From assembly GCA_023515725.1 (NCBI GenBank), contig JALDTO010000192.1:124001-188000 (forward strand): a DNA stretch of 64,000 bases, read 5' to 3'. Position numbers and translations under genes: made by a program. Source of the DNA: Amoeboaphelidium protococcarum X5. Taxonomy: Eukaryota; Fungi; Aphelidiomycota. The notes under the pieces are model-generated. The model ran no database searches. It worked only from the letters and a program-made list of their open reading frames with translations, and was not told the DNA's origin. Positions 13,928 through 29,420 of this stretch are shown here, piece after piece. Within the stretch, counting starts at the first letter, position 1; the number at the start of each line of letters is the position of its first letter.

Positions 13928-14230
13928 TTCATTGCCAACGAAACCTGAGAATGTACTGTAGCTGCAAAGTTGTATTAAACACTTATATCTCACAAATATA
14001 ATCTTAACTCTTCACTTTCTAAAAGAGCAGAAACACTCCAATTGACATCACATTAAAGCAGCACTGAGTTCAATCACTAACACCGCCAGATCACATCATC
14101 GATGTGTCATCATATCGTAACAAGTAGCATTGCCGGCAAAGGCGCGACCAGAAGTACAATATTCAGGAACGTTCTCTTGCAATTGGAATATCTAGTTGCA
14201 TCAAAATCCATAATCCAGTTGGTCAAACTC

Positions 14231-14256
14231 ATATATATATATATATATATATATAT
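14231..14256. repeat. (AT)n microsatellite
   Basis: About 13 AT units. Confidence 0.9.
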
Positions 14257-14844
14257 CTGCATGTTCAAAGATTCAAACTTTTTATCCGACAGACTATATC
14301 CCCGCCTTACCAAAACATCCTTCGCACTACTTTTACGCCTACAAAGTGCAAGCTTTTACTGCTTGATTTCTTTCACGCAGTCATGCCATAAGAGGCTTTT
14401 AAAATACAGCATAGTATACAAAATTGTGCCTTTCGATATCCCAATACGGTTAAAAGGTTTCGCAGCCATATAACACCTAATGTTTCAGTGATAATCAGCA
14501 AGCTAAACTAGCCTGATCACGTTTGGATGAAACTACAAACTAAATACTTAGCCAGCATATCCGTGTGATTCAATGTCCAGTACCAATTTCAACCGGTTTT
14601 ACTGAAGCAATATCTCTACTTCGCTGGTCAGCAGCTTAATAATCTATTGAATGCATAATCAATTAAGCCATGTTTATGCTCACCTGATAGATATAACTCT
14701 AATGCATAACAATGAAAGAGTAATCCAGAATGACTTCAAACTGTTTAAAAACGCGTCAATTCTCTCACAGTTTGAGTGTCACAACGCGTTCATACAGTAT
14801 AACCGACTCTTAATCCACCAAGGTATAATACTTAAAGTTAGAAA

Positions 14845-15903
14845 ATGACATCAAATCTTGGCAATTAGAATAAGATTATAGCGGGATTAATCGTTTTTCC
14901 TCTCGCTTTATTGTGTTATGTTTACTCTGAGTAAGCTCTAGTAACCGCTGTTGGTCTGGCATTACCTGTTACGCCAGCGTTAACTTAGAGTATTGCCGTA
15001 TTGAAAGTTTGCGTATTCAGTTCGTTTTTGTATGGCTTAATTACAGACAATGTATCTTCAACTGACAGGTATTTAAACTACTTTGGTCTCTAGATGTTCA
15101 ACCTTAAGTTTAATACTTTCACTGTAGATTATGGTCTGTCATTCCAATGGTGTTCAGTTGGATTTTTACAATGTCTTCCAATAGTAACGCGGCATTGCTA
15201 TTAACATTATGCATCACAATATGGGGTCTGCGTTTGTCTTTTAATTTCTGGAGAAAAGGTGGCTATGCTTTGAGTTATGAAGATTATAGATGGGAGTATG
15301 TTCGTGTGAAGACGTTCCAAGGATAAAAGATGAAGTCTGATGGTTCCATCTATCACGCGTCATTCATATATGCTCTTCTGTGGGAGGTATTTCATTTGTT
15401 TTTCGTTTGTATCTTTCAGTAGGTGTTATTGTGGATGCTTACTATTCCAGTCTACTACGCCTCGCTCTCTAATCATGCCGTGTCCTGGTTGTAGTTTGCT
15501 CTAGTAGCTCTTGTATTGCTGCTAATAGTAGTTGAGAGTATTGCTGATCAACAGCAGTGGAACTTTCATCAACGAAAGTATTCAGGTAAAAAGTCTGCGG
15601 ATAAAGAAGTTAAAGACGGTTTTGTCCAGAGTGGTCTCTTTGCATATTCGAGACATCCTAACTTCATTTGCGAGCATTTGGGCACTTGTGGCAGTGTATG
15701 GAGTTACTGTTAACGGATTGCCTTCCTAAGCAAATTTGTACACTCTAGCTGCTCTGTTGGCCGGTTCTCTGATTCTAATTCTATTGTTTCAAGGTAGCAC
15801 TACATTGACTGAAGAGATAACATCTTCCAAGTATCCGGCATACAAAAAGTATTAAAAGAGAGTTTCTCGCTTGATACCATGGTGGCCAACTGCGAGTAGT
15901 TGA
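14845..15903 (+). pseudogene. DUF1295 / steroid 5-alpha-reductase C-terminal-like membrane protein, frameshifted near 15675 (intron 15069-15127)
   Basis: DR|LWSVIP..WGLRLSFNFWRKGGY..EDYRW..IADQQQW..GLFAYSRHPNFICE, after which the conserved tail IW..LFQGSTTLTEEITSSKYPAYKKYQKRVSRLIPW lies in the +1 frame. Confidence 0.75.
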
Positions 15904-16010
15904 ATCATTGAACCGTCGCGTATAGTAAAGTGCAAATAGTTCATACAGTATCAGTAGATGCATTTACACCTATATTTAAAATACTAAATGATCATTACTT
16001 AATTTCAGAT

Positions 16011-17322
16011 TCACAATTCTTCATGCGCACGAGCTTTCAGGTATTAAACCAGAGATTCGATAATGTTGGATCTCAGCACCATATCATCTCTACGTGCTGG
16101 CAGAAGGGAATCCTTGTTGGTCAAAATTCTCTTTAGACGTTCCAGTTCCTTGGTTGGATGCTCAAGGTCTTTGCCAGCCTTCTCTAGCAACTTGATGGAA
16201 TACTCAGAGGCGCGTTTAAAGTATGGATGGCCAACGTATTCAGCAGCCACCGATTTGACAATCTTCTTCAAGTCTGCGAGTACACCATCACGAGATTTCT
16301 AATCTGCTGCAGCCATAAACTTTTCAAAGAATGGCACAATATGGTCAAAGACACCAGCAGTGATTAGCAGCTCACCATTATCATCTCTACTAGTCTAACA
16401 TTTCTCGTTCAGGAATTGAATTAAACTGGTCAGATCACGACCCTTTTCATATTCCTCAACCTTGCTCTTATCCTTACCATAAGGGAAGAACTTCAAGGTG
16501 GGATAGCCTTGAATGGAATACAACTCTGCAACCTTTGGACTCACGGTGGCGTCCAACTTGGCCACCTGACAGCCTGGTTCATTTTCAAAAGCTTTGGCCA
16601 ACTTTTCATAAATAGGAGCCAACTATTAACAATGCCCGCACCAACTACATACAACAACTTGAATGAATAAGTATACCGTGTAATTTTAGTAATGAGAATA
16701 TAACTTACGGAGCATAAAACTCAACCAGAGTGGCTACAGACTCGTTCTTGACCACCTTATCGAAATTGTCATCATCCAGCACAATCACAGAAGATTCAGG
16801 CAACTTGGCACCAACACCTACTCATTCATAATCACGTGTATAAATTAAATTCAAGGTTAAGGTGATAATAATAATAAAGCTTACCAGTCTTGTCTTGGAT
16901 AAACTTGGCGAAATCGTCCAATGTACGTCCACCCTTGTAATCCTCCGGATCGCTTGTTACACCCTTTGGGAACCACTTGATTGTCGGGAAGCCTTGAATA
17001 CCAAATCTACTACCTAGATCGCGGTGAGCATCAGCATCCACTTTGGCAATGACAACATCAGAACTGGCAGCGAATGCATCGCCCAACTAATCCCAGGTGT
17101 CTTTCAACTTCTTACAATGTCCACACCTACATAAATTGATAGTACAATTTCTAAATAACATTGAAAAAGCTATAAAACCTACCAAGGAGCATAGAATTCC
17201 ACCAGTGCATTCTTTGAACCATCAACAACCGTGTCAAAGTTTGAAGGTGTCAGATCGACAACACTTTCGCAGAGTGCCAACATTGGAAACAATGCAATCA
17301 ATGACAAGATTACAGTCTTCAT
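16011..17322 (-). CDS. Protein disulfide isomerase with two thioredoxin domains and an ERp29-like helical tail (PDIA6/ERp38/TigA type); three introns
   Basis: Signal peptide, two WCGHC motifs, GFPT/GYPT, C-terminal ER retention signal HEEL-TGA. Introns 17127-17182, 16818-16884, 16645-16708. Confidence 0.93.
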
Positions 17323-17785
17323 ACTTGTTTAGATGTGATAATAAAATTAAAATTTAGAATTTGCCAAATGACCGGCGAGTTAGTAAACGTGGAAAGTTAT
17401 AACGGTCGGCACGCAGGACGAGAGAGCGTAAGAGAGAACTCGCACTCTGATGTGAATGCTTCGCTCATTCATTGTAAAAGCTCCCCTTTGATCGTATTAA
17501 TCACTTGAATACTCATTCTTATGTTTTTACTAAACATTCAATTAACATTTTCTTATTTGGGGATTTTCGATAGCTCCAGGATCGCGTTTGAATAATGATA
17601 TCTTGTTAGTGTAGTATGCCTGATATACTACTCTGCTTAAGAGTGTTTAATTACAAGGTATAATGAGACGATTCATACGTGATGAACAATGTGTTTCAAA
17701 GTGACTAACAATCGCTAAACGCGGTAAAAGTAAGCAATTAAATTACGGTGATCTTTAAAGAACTAACTAATATCCGCTGTTTCTT

Positions 17786-18559
17786 TCACTCAAATATTAG
17801 TGAGTCTACAGACTTGATGTAATCCACAGGATCCACCTCGCTGTCGATAGTCTTTAAACGCGCCGGGCTTTTATCAGTTATAATATTTGATGGAGACTAA
17901 GGCTATATCGTCGGTGTCAAAGAATCTTTTTGTTACTACAGTTGTATTTGTAACTGCAGCCATTGTACGTATTCCACAGCTTTAGCTAGAATTTAAGTCT
18001 TGGTCCATTTATTTCCACTTTCATTGAATGTCTATTGCTATACTTGACCATCTTACTCGTTTGTATACCAATCCAATCCTTGTCGAAGATCAACGGGAAG
18101 CTGGGAGATGCCATCATGAAGCGGATAATGGAGACGCGTTGGTGGTAGTAAAATCGCCAGTTGCTTGTAGCAAGTTGCTATTTCATTGCGATATATTTTC
18201 TCATTTCTATTATACTCTAGTCTTCTCATTTACTTACTACAATAAGTACTCTAATATATAATGTGTTATAGCCTATTAGAACATTAAAAAACTTACTCTA
18301 GTGCAAGCTAATTTTCATCTCTCTTTACACCGTTTGTCGGAGCTATTTCAGTTACAGCGGCGGAGACTTCTCCCAGTTGAAAATCCAAATCTTCAAACAA
18401 CGCACTTTAATCGGGGAATAGATTATAATCGCAATAACCACTTGCACTACTAGATAATGATGATCTTCTAGATGTGCTGCTTCGTATCGAAGATTCGGAA
18501 GATTTTCTGCTTCTAAATGGCTCATGCCTCAACTCTGATAGGCTGTGTCTCTTTTGCAT
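17786..18559 (-). CDS. bHLH transcription factor with an SREBP-type Tyr in the basic region; start could instead be 18679
   Basis: RRLEYNRNEKIYRNEIATCYKQLAILLP..(long loop)..KWTKTQILAKAVEYVQWLQ; continuous frame under table 6; TGA at 17786. Confidence 0.75.
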
Positions 18560-18778
18560 CTGAAATATACAGTTTGTCTTGCACTGCAATAGATAGATAA
18601 AGCTATATACGATTGTAACTAACCAAGATGCGATATAGTAGAAAAGTGTCAAAGAAGCAACTACAACTAAATTATGCATTCTAATGGAAGATCTACGGAA
18701 ACTATTTTTAGCCAGAGACCAAGAGTCTTTAAATCAACATTCTTTTGCATCTATTTATAACAACACATCAATTCGACA

Positions 18779-20485
18779 TCAATCAAATACACTTTCTGCG
18801 GATTAATTAAGCACATTAGACACACCCTCATCGATAACTGCTAGTAGATGGTCTTGATCTCTAAAAGCCAATCTGAGGTCCTTCTCGGAGACAGTTATAG
18901 CAATCTTCACAGACGGATCAAGGATGGACACTTGTCGTTTACGGGAGGAGCTGGGAGTTTTGGGCGCGCGAGCACTCTGAGGAGTGGTAGTTAATTTACT
19001 CTTGTAGCATGCAGATGGAGTATTAAATATACTTGGCATTGTCGCCTTATTCTACTTGAACGGAGTGCTCGAGTTGGACAAAGATCGCCCCACAGCATTA
19101 GCCGTTTTCTTTGCAGGCTCAATAAGACCGGCATTTTCCAGTGACATTATCATATCAACGTACTCACTTCTTGACAGCATGTTCAGAGTTTTCTAACGAT
19201 TGCACACAGTTTTGAATATCTCATACGTGCGCAACATTGAGGTTTCAACTGGCTAATCACTAAACAGAACGGAAGCCAACACTGAAAGGACAGCCTTCTC
19301 ATTAGCACTCAACTCCTTCAACTTTTTAACAGAGGCATTCACTGATCCAAAAGATCTATCAATAACCTTCACCATATGCTAAATTCCGACTTGACGAATT
19401 AATGCTGAAGCATTTTCTTTATCACCATCATTGCATTCCAGTTCTAGCATTTCTAGAGCCATTCTACACAGATCTAACGCGCGTCTAAAATCTCCAAACA
19501 CAGCAACTTTACGTGCACACAATTCAATAGCCGCCGGATGAAATAAATCTCCAGCACTTGGAAACTTCAATTTGATCTCATCCAGTCTATCTGTGATTAT
19601 TGCTTTGATATCTGATGCGGAGTAAGCTGAAAAGGCAACCTGAGTAGGAGCACAATTCAAAGCCTGCAAACGGGCAATTAGGCGCTCACTTAAATCAATG
19701 GAGTTGGCAATACCGATTAGCAAATATCTACTTTTAGGAATACCGATCCAGCTGAACAAGTTGAACAGTATTTCAGCATTCTAGTTGATCAATTGATCCA
19801 CTTCATCCAACATGAGAATAACAAACTACTTGCTTTTACCAGGAACTGTGAGATACCTTTTCACCAACTGCATCGCATCATCTCCTGAATTACGCGTATT
19901 TAAACCAAGAGCTGATGCCAATTTCTCCCAAATAGAGTTGACGTTGTTACCACATATCATGCAATTTAGCTTTACAACTTTTAGTTACTTACTCTTAGCA
20001 GACTAGACATTATTTTCAATTCGGCTCAATATGCTTTCAACCAACATGGTTTTACCACACCCGGGAGAGCCACTGATATAAAGAGATTTGCTAGCTTTTG
20101 CCTTGATGTTATCATTCAGAAAACTATTTATTAACGCTTCCTGTTAATCTCTTCCAACAGCTTATTTTGGCATATATCCAGTTCTGAATGTGGATTTAGC
20201 ATAATGTAGAGCATCCATAAAGGAGTCTTGAGAGGGGTTAGAGGCGGAGTCAGAATCAGACGTCATATCACATTACTTCTGTATAGATAAATCATTCTTT
20301 GCAGACTTGACATTCTAATTCTTCTTGACCAAAGACTTTTTAGAATGAGAAACATCTTTCAATACTGGCAGTGTCTTCTCCTTGATATTAACCTTCTGAA
20401 CAGACCGCACTCTTTTAGTTGGAGTATCATTCTCCGGCAACAGTGGAGCATCATTTTCTCTCAATCGTTTAGACGAACTACACAT
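18779..20485 (-). CDS. CDC6: Cell division control protein 6 (AAA+ replication licensing factor), 568 aa
   Basis: LYISGSPGCGKT Walker A, MLDEVDQL Walker B, LIGIANSIDLSER, AIELCARKVAVFGDFRRALDLCR. Confidence 0.93.
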
Positions 20486-21187
20486 TTTTATATCATGAAA
20501 TCAATCAATTTATCAATAAGCTTGATACTTACCGAGTCTTCATTGTAAATGGGATATTACTGAGTTAATTGCTACAGTGTTATATAGAGAAAGTAAAGCT
20601 GTGTATGTCGTCTTTGTTTTGAAACGATCAAAGGCTCCCGGAGCTGAAACAATGAAACGATCTCTATCTCTCTGTAACTTTCTGTTGTGAAACGTTTCAC
20701 AATTGAATCTATACAGATTGAAATTGCCTTATAACGCGATCAATCACTGATCATCGATCGCAGCATTGGGTTTTAGAGTTTGAGATGTCCACTTTATAGA
20801 TTTAATGATAAATGAAACGCATAGCTTTATAACTTTAACACTTCGATAAAGTATCTATGTCAGTATTTTACATTGTAAAGAAGTACCTGAATCTACTTCG
20901 AGCCTAGTAAGTATGTACAGCGGCTCAAGTGAATATTATGTAGCATAAATCATTGCATCTGCATCGTTAAAATCATTATGAGTGAGTGAGTTGAGCCGTC
21001 CATTGTAAGTAAGATGAAGCGTGTTCCCTCTGTTAGTTATCAGCAGTCAGTTCCGAAGATCGGTGAAACTTTGATCGTCACGATCTCTCTCTTTCTCTCT
21101 TTTAGTTTTCTCTCCTCTCCACGAATTCAAAGAACTCTGTACAGTTTGTACAATCTAGTTTAAATTGCAGATTACACTGAATTCAAT

Positions 21188-22741
<1,554 letters not shown>

Positions 22742-23060
22742 ACAGTATTGTCGTATGTGTCAGAGTTGTGAATTTTTTGAGTATTATAATAATTCTATAT
22801 TGTTGCTATTTTGGTATACTAAGACTATCATTTTTGAGTCTGATTCGAACACTGTTGTTAATTTTAGCATCACTGAAAGTGTCACGCGTTGAATGAAAGT
22901 GATCGACCTTTTCCATGGTTTTGTATTACTGTCTTTCTCACTCAGTTAATAATTACACTGTATATCCATCCTCTTTATTGTAGTGATTGACTATATACAA
23001 TTTTAATATTCGCTGTATTTGGATTTGATTTATTACCAAGATTGTATTTGATAATAGAAA

Positions 23061-23915
23061 ATGGAATACTAAAAAGTGTAACCATCGAGTGAGTAAAATA
23101 GCGTCAGTAATTGTTATTAAAGTGATAATGATGAACGCAGTAGATGCTGGGCGTGCTGGGAGTCTGATAATGGCCCAGATTGCAGAGATCCTCTCGTAAA
23201 AGTGTGTACTGGATGTAAAGATCCTGATCTACAGTATATCCATCAGAATTGCATAGATTTATACGTGACCAACATCATTAAAGACTCTGCGGCACAAGCT
23301 GGATTTCCCATGTTGATTTACGATGTATTTAGTAGTCGGAATATCCTAGATTGTCAAGTGGCTGATTTCGTGTCTTTTAGACAATAATAGCAGAATAAAA
23401 CATAAATAACTCGGGATGATGGTGACATTTATAATGGTGCAAGGATGACATAGTTGGGTCAAAGCACTAGTACAATTCAAAATATCCTGAAAGACATTTA
23501 GCGATTGTTCTATCCACATACGTATGTATTAGATTCCCTCTTGAAATGCACTAGATGTATGCAGAATTATAAAATACACCTCTCACCAATGCGTCCCCTT
23601 AAAGCACTGCGAGCAGATAAGTCCATGCTCTGGCTAGTCTCCATTCTCTCCATATCTGTCGCCGTGTTGTTTGTGGCGTGTCTCTCAATGATCGTGTCTA
23701 GTCACATGGATGCTCTCGCAATGGCTCGTATGAATCCCACCACCAATTACGTTATAGTCATGAACACGTATATCTTCAAAGAACCGGTGGAAATTCGGTC
23801 TTTTGCCTTATGGATGATGGGCATATTTGGCGCGTTCTATACACTGACTATCTCCGCCATTATGTATCACCTTACTGGATACGTTCAAGTTACTGTACAA
23901 AGTTGTAATAAATGA
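23061..23915 (+). CDS. MARCH-like RING-CH membrane protein with two TM helices (short 5' intron near 23093-23140)
   Basis: CWACW..CTGC..IHQNC ...CTRC followed by two hydrophobic helices. The exact splice sites are uncertain. Confidence 0.6.
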
Positions 23916-24192
23916 TTCTGTAAATTAGATTGATGATTATCTTGTATCAATAGATTATTATTATTTTGCGCATTTCGCTGTCTTTAAGTGATGACTGATG
24001 ACTATAATGATTATCTCGCTTTATTCATCCAAAGTGGGCGCAGTGCTGACTCGAAATCTCTCGAGTTTTTCTTCTTTCAACCACAAAAATCTCCCATTGC
24101 GATTAAATTTGAGATCTTTCGCTTTTGGGAAATTTCAGCGTTGTTGTCTCCATTGTTATTGTTTCAGTCAGAGTGTTACTGATAGTAGCGGG

Positions 24193-26070
24193 ATGGAACA
24201 AGATAAATTGAAAGCGTTAACTTAGGTGCAGAAGGAATGCTTTCTACATACAATAGAAATTCTTTTATGGGACACTTTTTGCAATGCCGAGCGATTGAAA
24301 GCTGAGCTCAAGGATGATAATCAACGCGTCAATGCAGATTAATAGTAAGTGGTACAGTCAAACAAGTCTAAATCATCCTTTTTTACCTTCACCGGTAACA
24401 AAAGCAAGGATACAGCTGGTAATAAAGCATAGAACAACGAAAAATTGGATGTATTCCAACTATATATGCAGAGCTACAGGAAATGGTCAGAATCGCTGTT
24501 GATGGGAATCTGCGCAGTAGTCGATATCAAAAGAAGCGCGCAGTTGACTTTGAACGATCTTGATTTAGAAGATTAAGTATTGGATGAGGGCACGTTAACT
24601 AATGGGCTATTTTCAATAGATTCTTCTTTAATTGGTGAATTACTATTCATGGCATCTATATAAAATGGAGCCGTCTATGATGCTCGCTCTCAATGTTTAT
24701 TTCATCAGGTGATGCAACTCGCTAATGTGACGTCCTTAGATGCTATAACTTTGGAAATGAATCTGAGTCGGCAGGTGCAGTTACATGTTTATGCCTAATA
24801 ACTGGCATCATAATCAGGCAATCATGACAAGATTATTGGGGAGCATTCGACGCGTAATAAAAATAAAAGAATGTGGACAATTGGAGCTGGTGTGGCTGCA
24901 GGTGGACTGTTGGTTGGTATTACGGGAGGATTGGCTGCACCATTAGTAGCTGGTGCTCTAATCGGCCTTGGTGGCTCTATTGGAATTGGTGCTGGAACTT
25001 TAGCTTTCCTAGGGGGAACTTCTGGCCTGGCATTAATTGGCTCCGTCTTTGGTGTCACGGGTGCCAGTATTGCCGGGATGAAGATGGAATATAAATCGCG
25101 TGGTATTCAGGAATTTAAGTTTGTCGACGTGGATACTTCTATTCCTGAGGATATGTTGCAATAGAGTGGTGGCTGGTTCTCAAAGAAAAAATAGTAGTAG
25201 ACGTTATAGTCTCCTCTGCCATCTTCTGAAGAGCTTTAAGAGGATCCTTTATCCGCCACCAAATCTCTCTTTGTGACTATAGCCATATCTGGATGGATGA
25301 CTCAGCTGACAGATGCACTCGGTGTGTGGTAATGTTTACTTGCCAGAACATACGCAGATCAATAAAATTAGTGCTTGAATGGTGAATGTCTGTCCTTGGT
25401 GTTTGAGAGTAAAGAGTTGATGGCCATGGGTAATGCCGTTGAAGAGCTGATCAAGACTGAAGCTGTTGGTTATCTGACGCGTCAAGTTTTGATGAGAACG
25501 ATACTGGCTAATGTGATGCTTGCCGTTGCATGGCCACTGTCTCTGTTGAAAATTGCCTCCCTAGTGGATAACCCTTGGTCTATTGTGATGGATCGCTCCT
25601 TCAAGGCTGGATAAATCCTGGGTGACATTTTGTTTGAACGCCTTCATGGTCACAGACCGATTAAACTTATCGGAACTAGCGCCGGTGCAAGAGTTATATT
25701 CTTTGCACTTCTCTAGTTGTATGAGCGTGCTGTCAATAGCCAGGATGTTGATGCGTTCGGTATAGTATCTGATGTTGTGTTGATTGGTGCTCCAATTGCT
25801 GCATCTCAAGATGAGTGGCGTAGAGTGTAGATGATGGTGGCAAACAAGATCTACAACGCATATTCGAATAAAGATTGGATACTGGGATTTCTGTTTAGAG
25901 CCACGTCTTTTGGTAGTATCGCTGGATTGAAGGAGGTTGATACAAAGCCTTCGCGTGGTTATAATTTAGTTAATGTTGACTGTTCGGATATCATAGACGG
26001 TCATAACAATTACAAAGACTCTCTAAAGATTAAATCAATTTTAGAGAGATGTAATGTAATAACTTGTTGA
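24193..26070 (+). CDS. TMCO4/DUF726 family alpha/beta-hydrolase-like membrane protein
   Basis: YDARS, GGLLVGITGGLAAPLV, LVDNPWS, RPIKLIGTSAGARVIF, YSNKDWILGFLFR; one frame to TGA at 26070. Confidence 0.9.
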
Positions 26071-26226
26071 TTCTCGCCAGATAATAATACCAATCATTCG
26101 AGTTTGATGTCTCTTTGATTTCCATTTAAGCTTTCATGTTTCGAGAGCGCTTCATAGTGTATTTTCCATTTTGATCAACCTCAAGTTCTTATCTGAAATT
26201 AATCACATTATCTGTGGCATCAAATC

Positions 26227-27714
26227 ATGAAGAAAATTAATATTCTATTCTTGTCTTGCATTGAGGGAAAGAGCTCAGACTTTTACCTGAAGCTAAAGAA
26301 TCTGTTGAGGTATTATGATGTCTCGCTGGTCTCAGATCTATCTCTATTATGGAAATCTCCGTGGGAAGGATGTTGTGCTGCCTTGATTATGCACCAACTA
26401 CCTGCAATCAACACGCTGTCAAATCTGCGACAGATTTATATTAAGCGACGATTGTAAGCTTATGTCTCTTCTGGTGGTAAAATCTTGGCATCTTCATCGT
26501 GTTAATGGCGCTAATTTGTTAACAATGAAGCGGAAGTCTTACTGTTGGATATGTAAACTGGTGATAACGATGATTATTTTAGAACGCGTCTCATCTAAGC
26601 GGGCCTACTATCGTTGAATGACGTTCCAATTGATGTTGGCACGTCTGCTGAAAGGTCCAGTCTAGCAATGTATTTTAGAAATGGATAGCAACGTCAGTCA
26701 TTCATACAGTCAGTAGACGGCGTATAAATGTTTACAGATTCCGCTGAGAGCTTTCGCTTCTCTCCCCATTATACGTCAACTTTGTCTGGAAGCGATTAGG
26801 ATGAAGGTGATAATGAGCTTAAGATTGAGATTAAAGATGACTTAAAGTAAAGAGGATCAAGCTAGTTTAACGCTGATGTGTTCTTCGAATAGCTGCAGCC
26901 AGATTCAATGATTAAATCCCTTATCACCGCGCGTGAGTTAAAGTCAACTTAATCGCTGCTGGTTGATAATTACAAGTTTCAGTCATTGGTACCTGATGGA
27001 ACTTTGGTGGTTGCCGACAATTAGTCGAATGGCCGAGGTAGAAGCGGGAACAGTTGGATCTCTGACCAGGGAGCACTTTAGTTCTCTTTCATCCACAACT
27101 ACGACTGCGGTGATATGCTCAAGGTGGTATTTCTTTAATACATAATGTCGCTGGCTGTGGTGAAAGCCGTTAAGCAGATTGCGTAAAGTGATGCATTTCC
27201 TATCGCGATCAAGTGGCCTAATGACATCTATGTTGCCGTATAATAACAAGACGTCAATTCTTAACAAATTAAAGTCGGTGGCATTTTGGTGTCTCCGCAA
27301 CTTGGGAATACATGTAAGGTGATTATTGGATGCGGTCTCAACGTATATAATGATAGACCAACTGTTAGTATTCAGTCAGTATTCAAACAATATGATGCCA
27401 CCCAGACACTTGAGCTGAGTAAGGAGGTTCTCTGTGCTGAAATTATGAATTAGTATACTGTAATCTATCGTAGCTTCTTTAGCTCTGGAATAGATCAATT
27501 CAAGTAGGAGTACTATAGACATTGGCTTCATTCTAATTAGTAAGTATCTGTTTAACTCGACGGAGAAGTAGATTAACGAAAAGAAGTCACTATTAAGGGG
27601 ATAGGAGATGATGGGTTTCTGTTGGCTGTAGATGCGACTGGTTAGTAATATCAGCTTTAGCCGGATGGTAATAGATTTGACATTACACGAAATCTATTAT
27701 CCACCAAGCTATGA
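26227..27714 (+). CDS. BPL1: Biotin-protein ligase (holocarboxylase synthetase), 495 aa
   Basis: (Q)SNGRGRSGNSW, IKWPNDIY, KVGGILV, GCGLNV, GIGDDGFL, L(Q)PDGNRFD. Confidence 0.92.
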
Positions 27715-27799
27715 TGAATTGTAAATATGTAAATACACACAAATGCAATATCGGTTATCATATACTCATTATCGTTTCACTCTTAACGTTAGCAGTAAA

Positions 27800-29420
27800 T
27801 CACTCTTCCAAATGCAAACCAGCAGTTGAATCATTGACACCAATAGAAGTTCTGCGCTTATATTCAATATCCACAGGCTTGACCGGCATCACAATCAAAG
27901 TGGTGAAATCAGTGTCTGGAAATCCTTTACCACCAGCAGGGAATTCAAAATCAAACATTCTGATAAATGTAGCAATGATAGTCTTAAGTTGTACATACGC
28001 GAATGCTTCTCCAATACAACGATGACGCCCGGCCCCAAACGGTAAGTAAGACGATGATGCTCCATGACCGAGGCACTTGGACAATCCTGGATTCTGGCAC
28101 TCATTAAAACGGTCAGGGGTGAATTTACTCACATCTTCACCCCACAGAGAGCTGTCAAGTTGAGCCAGCGATGGCGCGACGCAAACATAGTTACCCTCTG
28201 GAATAGTGTAATCCTTGTACTGTACATCGCTCATAACTTTGCGTAATACCGTGATAATTGGAGGCTTCAGACGAAGAGTTTCCTTTACGCAGCGATCCAG
28301 CAATTCCATACTTTTCAATGCTTCATAATCCAGAGGGGCCGATAATTCATCGCCAAGGACTTCCTTCTACTCCTGAAGCAGACGTTGTCTCATCTCCTTG
28401 TCCTGGGCCAAATACGATAGACACCATGTTGCGGTAGTACTCGAAGTATGTTAACCAGCCATCAAGAGAGCAATCATCAGACATGCGACTTCCTTATCAT
28501 TCATCTTTCTACCATCGCGGTACTCACAGTCCATTAGAGATTGCATCATATCACTATTGTCCATCTCACCTCTCTCGCGGCGATCTTTCATAATGCGTAA
28601 GAACAGTTCTCTCATCTTTATATGAGCCTCATCACGCTTACGATAAGACTCTAGCGGCAGCCACTTGAACAGAAAATTAAGAGGCGTGAATCCCTTGTCC
28701 AAATCGCAATACAACTGGGCGACAGTTTCGGACAGCTGCTCACGAATGAAGGAGCCCATTAAGCAGCGAGAGGCAGTCAGAATGGTCAACTCGGCAATCG
28801 CCTCAGCGAGCTCAGCGCGACCAGTGTCTCCCTTCCAACGGGCAAAGTACTCCCTGGTTTCCTTCTCAATCATTGGAACGTACAGACGCAAGTTCTCAGG
28901 TGAAAGACCATGCTTGACGAACCGCTTCTACTCCATCATGACACTGTTCGGAACATCGTAGATAACGCCCTCGCCAAAGACTGGAACGGTCAAATGCTTA
29001 TACGCCTCTTCAGCAGACACTTCCTTGAGTTTGCAGGTGTTCAGGACAAAGTTATTGCCTTCAGCTCCCATCAGGTAGGTCATCTTACGACCAAACATCA
29101 AAAAGGTAAAGCAGTCACCATACTTTAAGCGATTCTCTTCCAAAAACTTTAATGGATTCATACCGAAACTAATCATACTTCCAATGAATGGAACGACATA
29201 AGGGACCATGGGTGGATGTCTTGCTCCATTAGAAGTTCCCAACAGAGATGCAATCTACACACCGCGCAAATGTTAGTGTAATTTATACAACGAAACATGC
29301 AATAAGACTTACAACTCGCGACAGTGTTAGAGCCAGCACCAGCCCGACAGCGATGGTCAGAATAGTGCTCGTGGTTGACTACTGAGCGTAATTGACAACT
29401 TGACTAACTAACTACGACAT
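27800..29420 (-). CDS. CYP51: Sterol 14-alpha-demethylase (cytochrome P450 family 51); intron 29255-29312
   Basis: PPMVPYVVPFIGS, AEEAYKHLTVPVFGEGVIYD, LMAG(Q=TAA)HTSS, KETLRL, FGAGRHRCIGE heme motif. Confidence 0.97.

Noticed and set aside
18252-18296. Apparent GTAAGT..TAG intron in the bHLH gene
   Set aside because: The frame is already continuous under table 6, so no intron is needed; not supported without cDNA.
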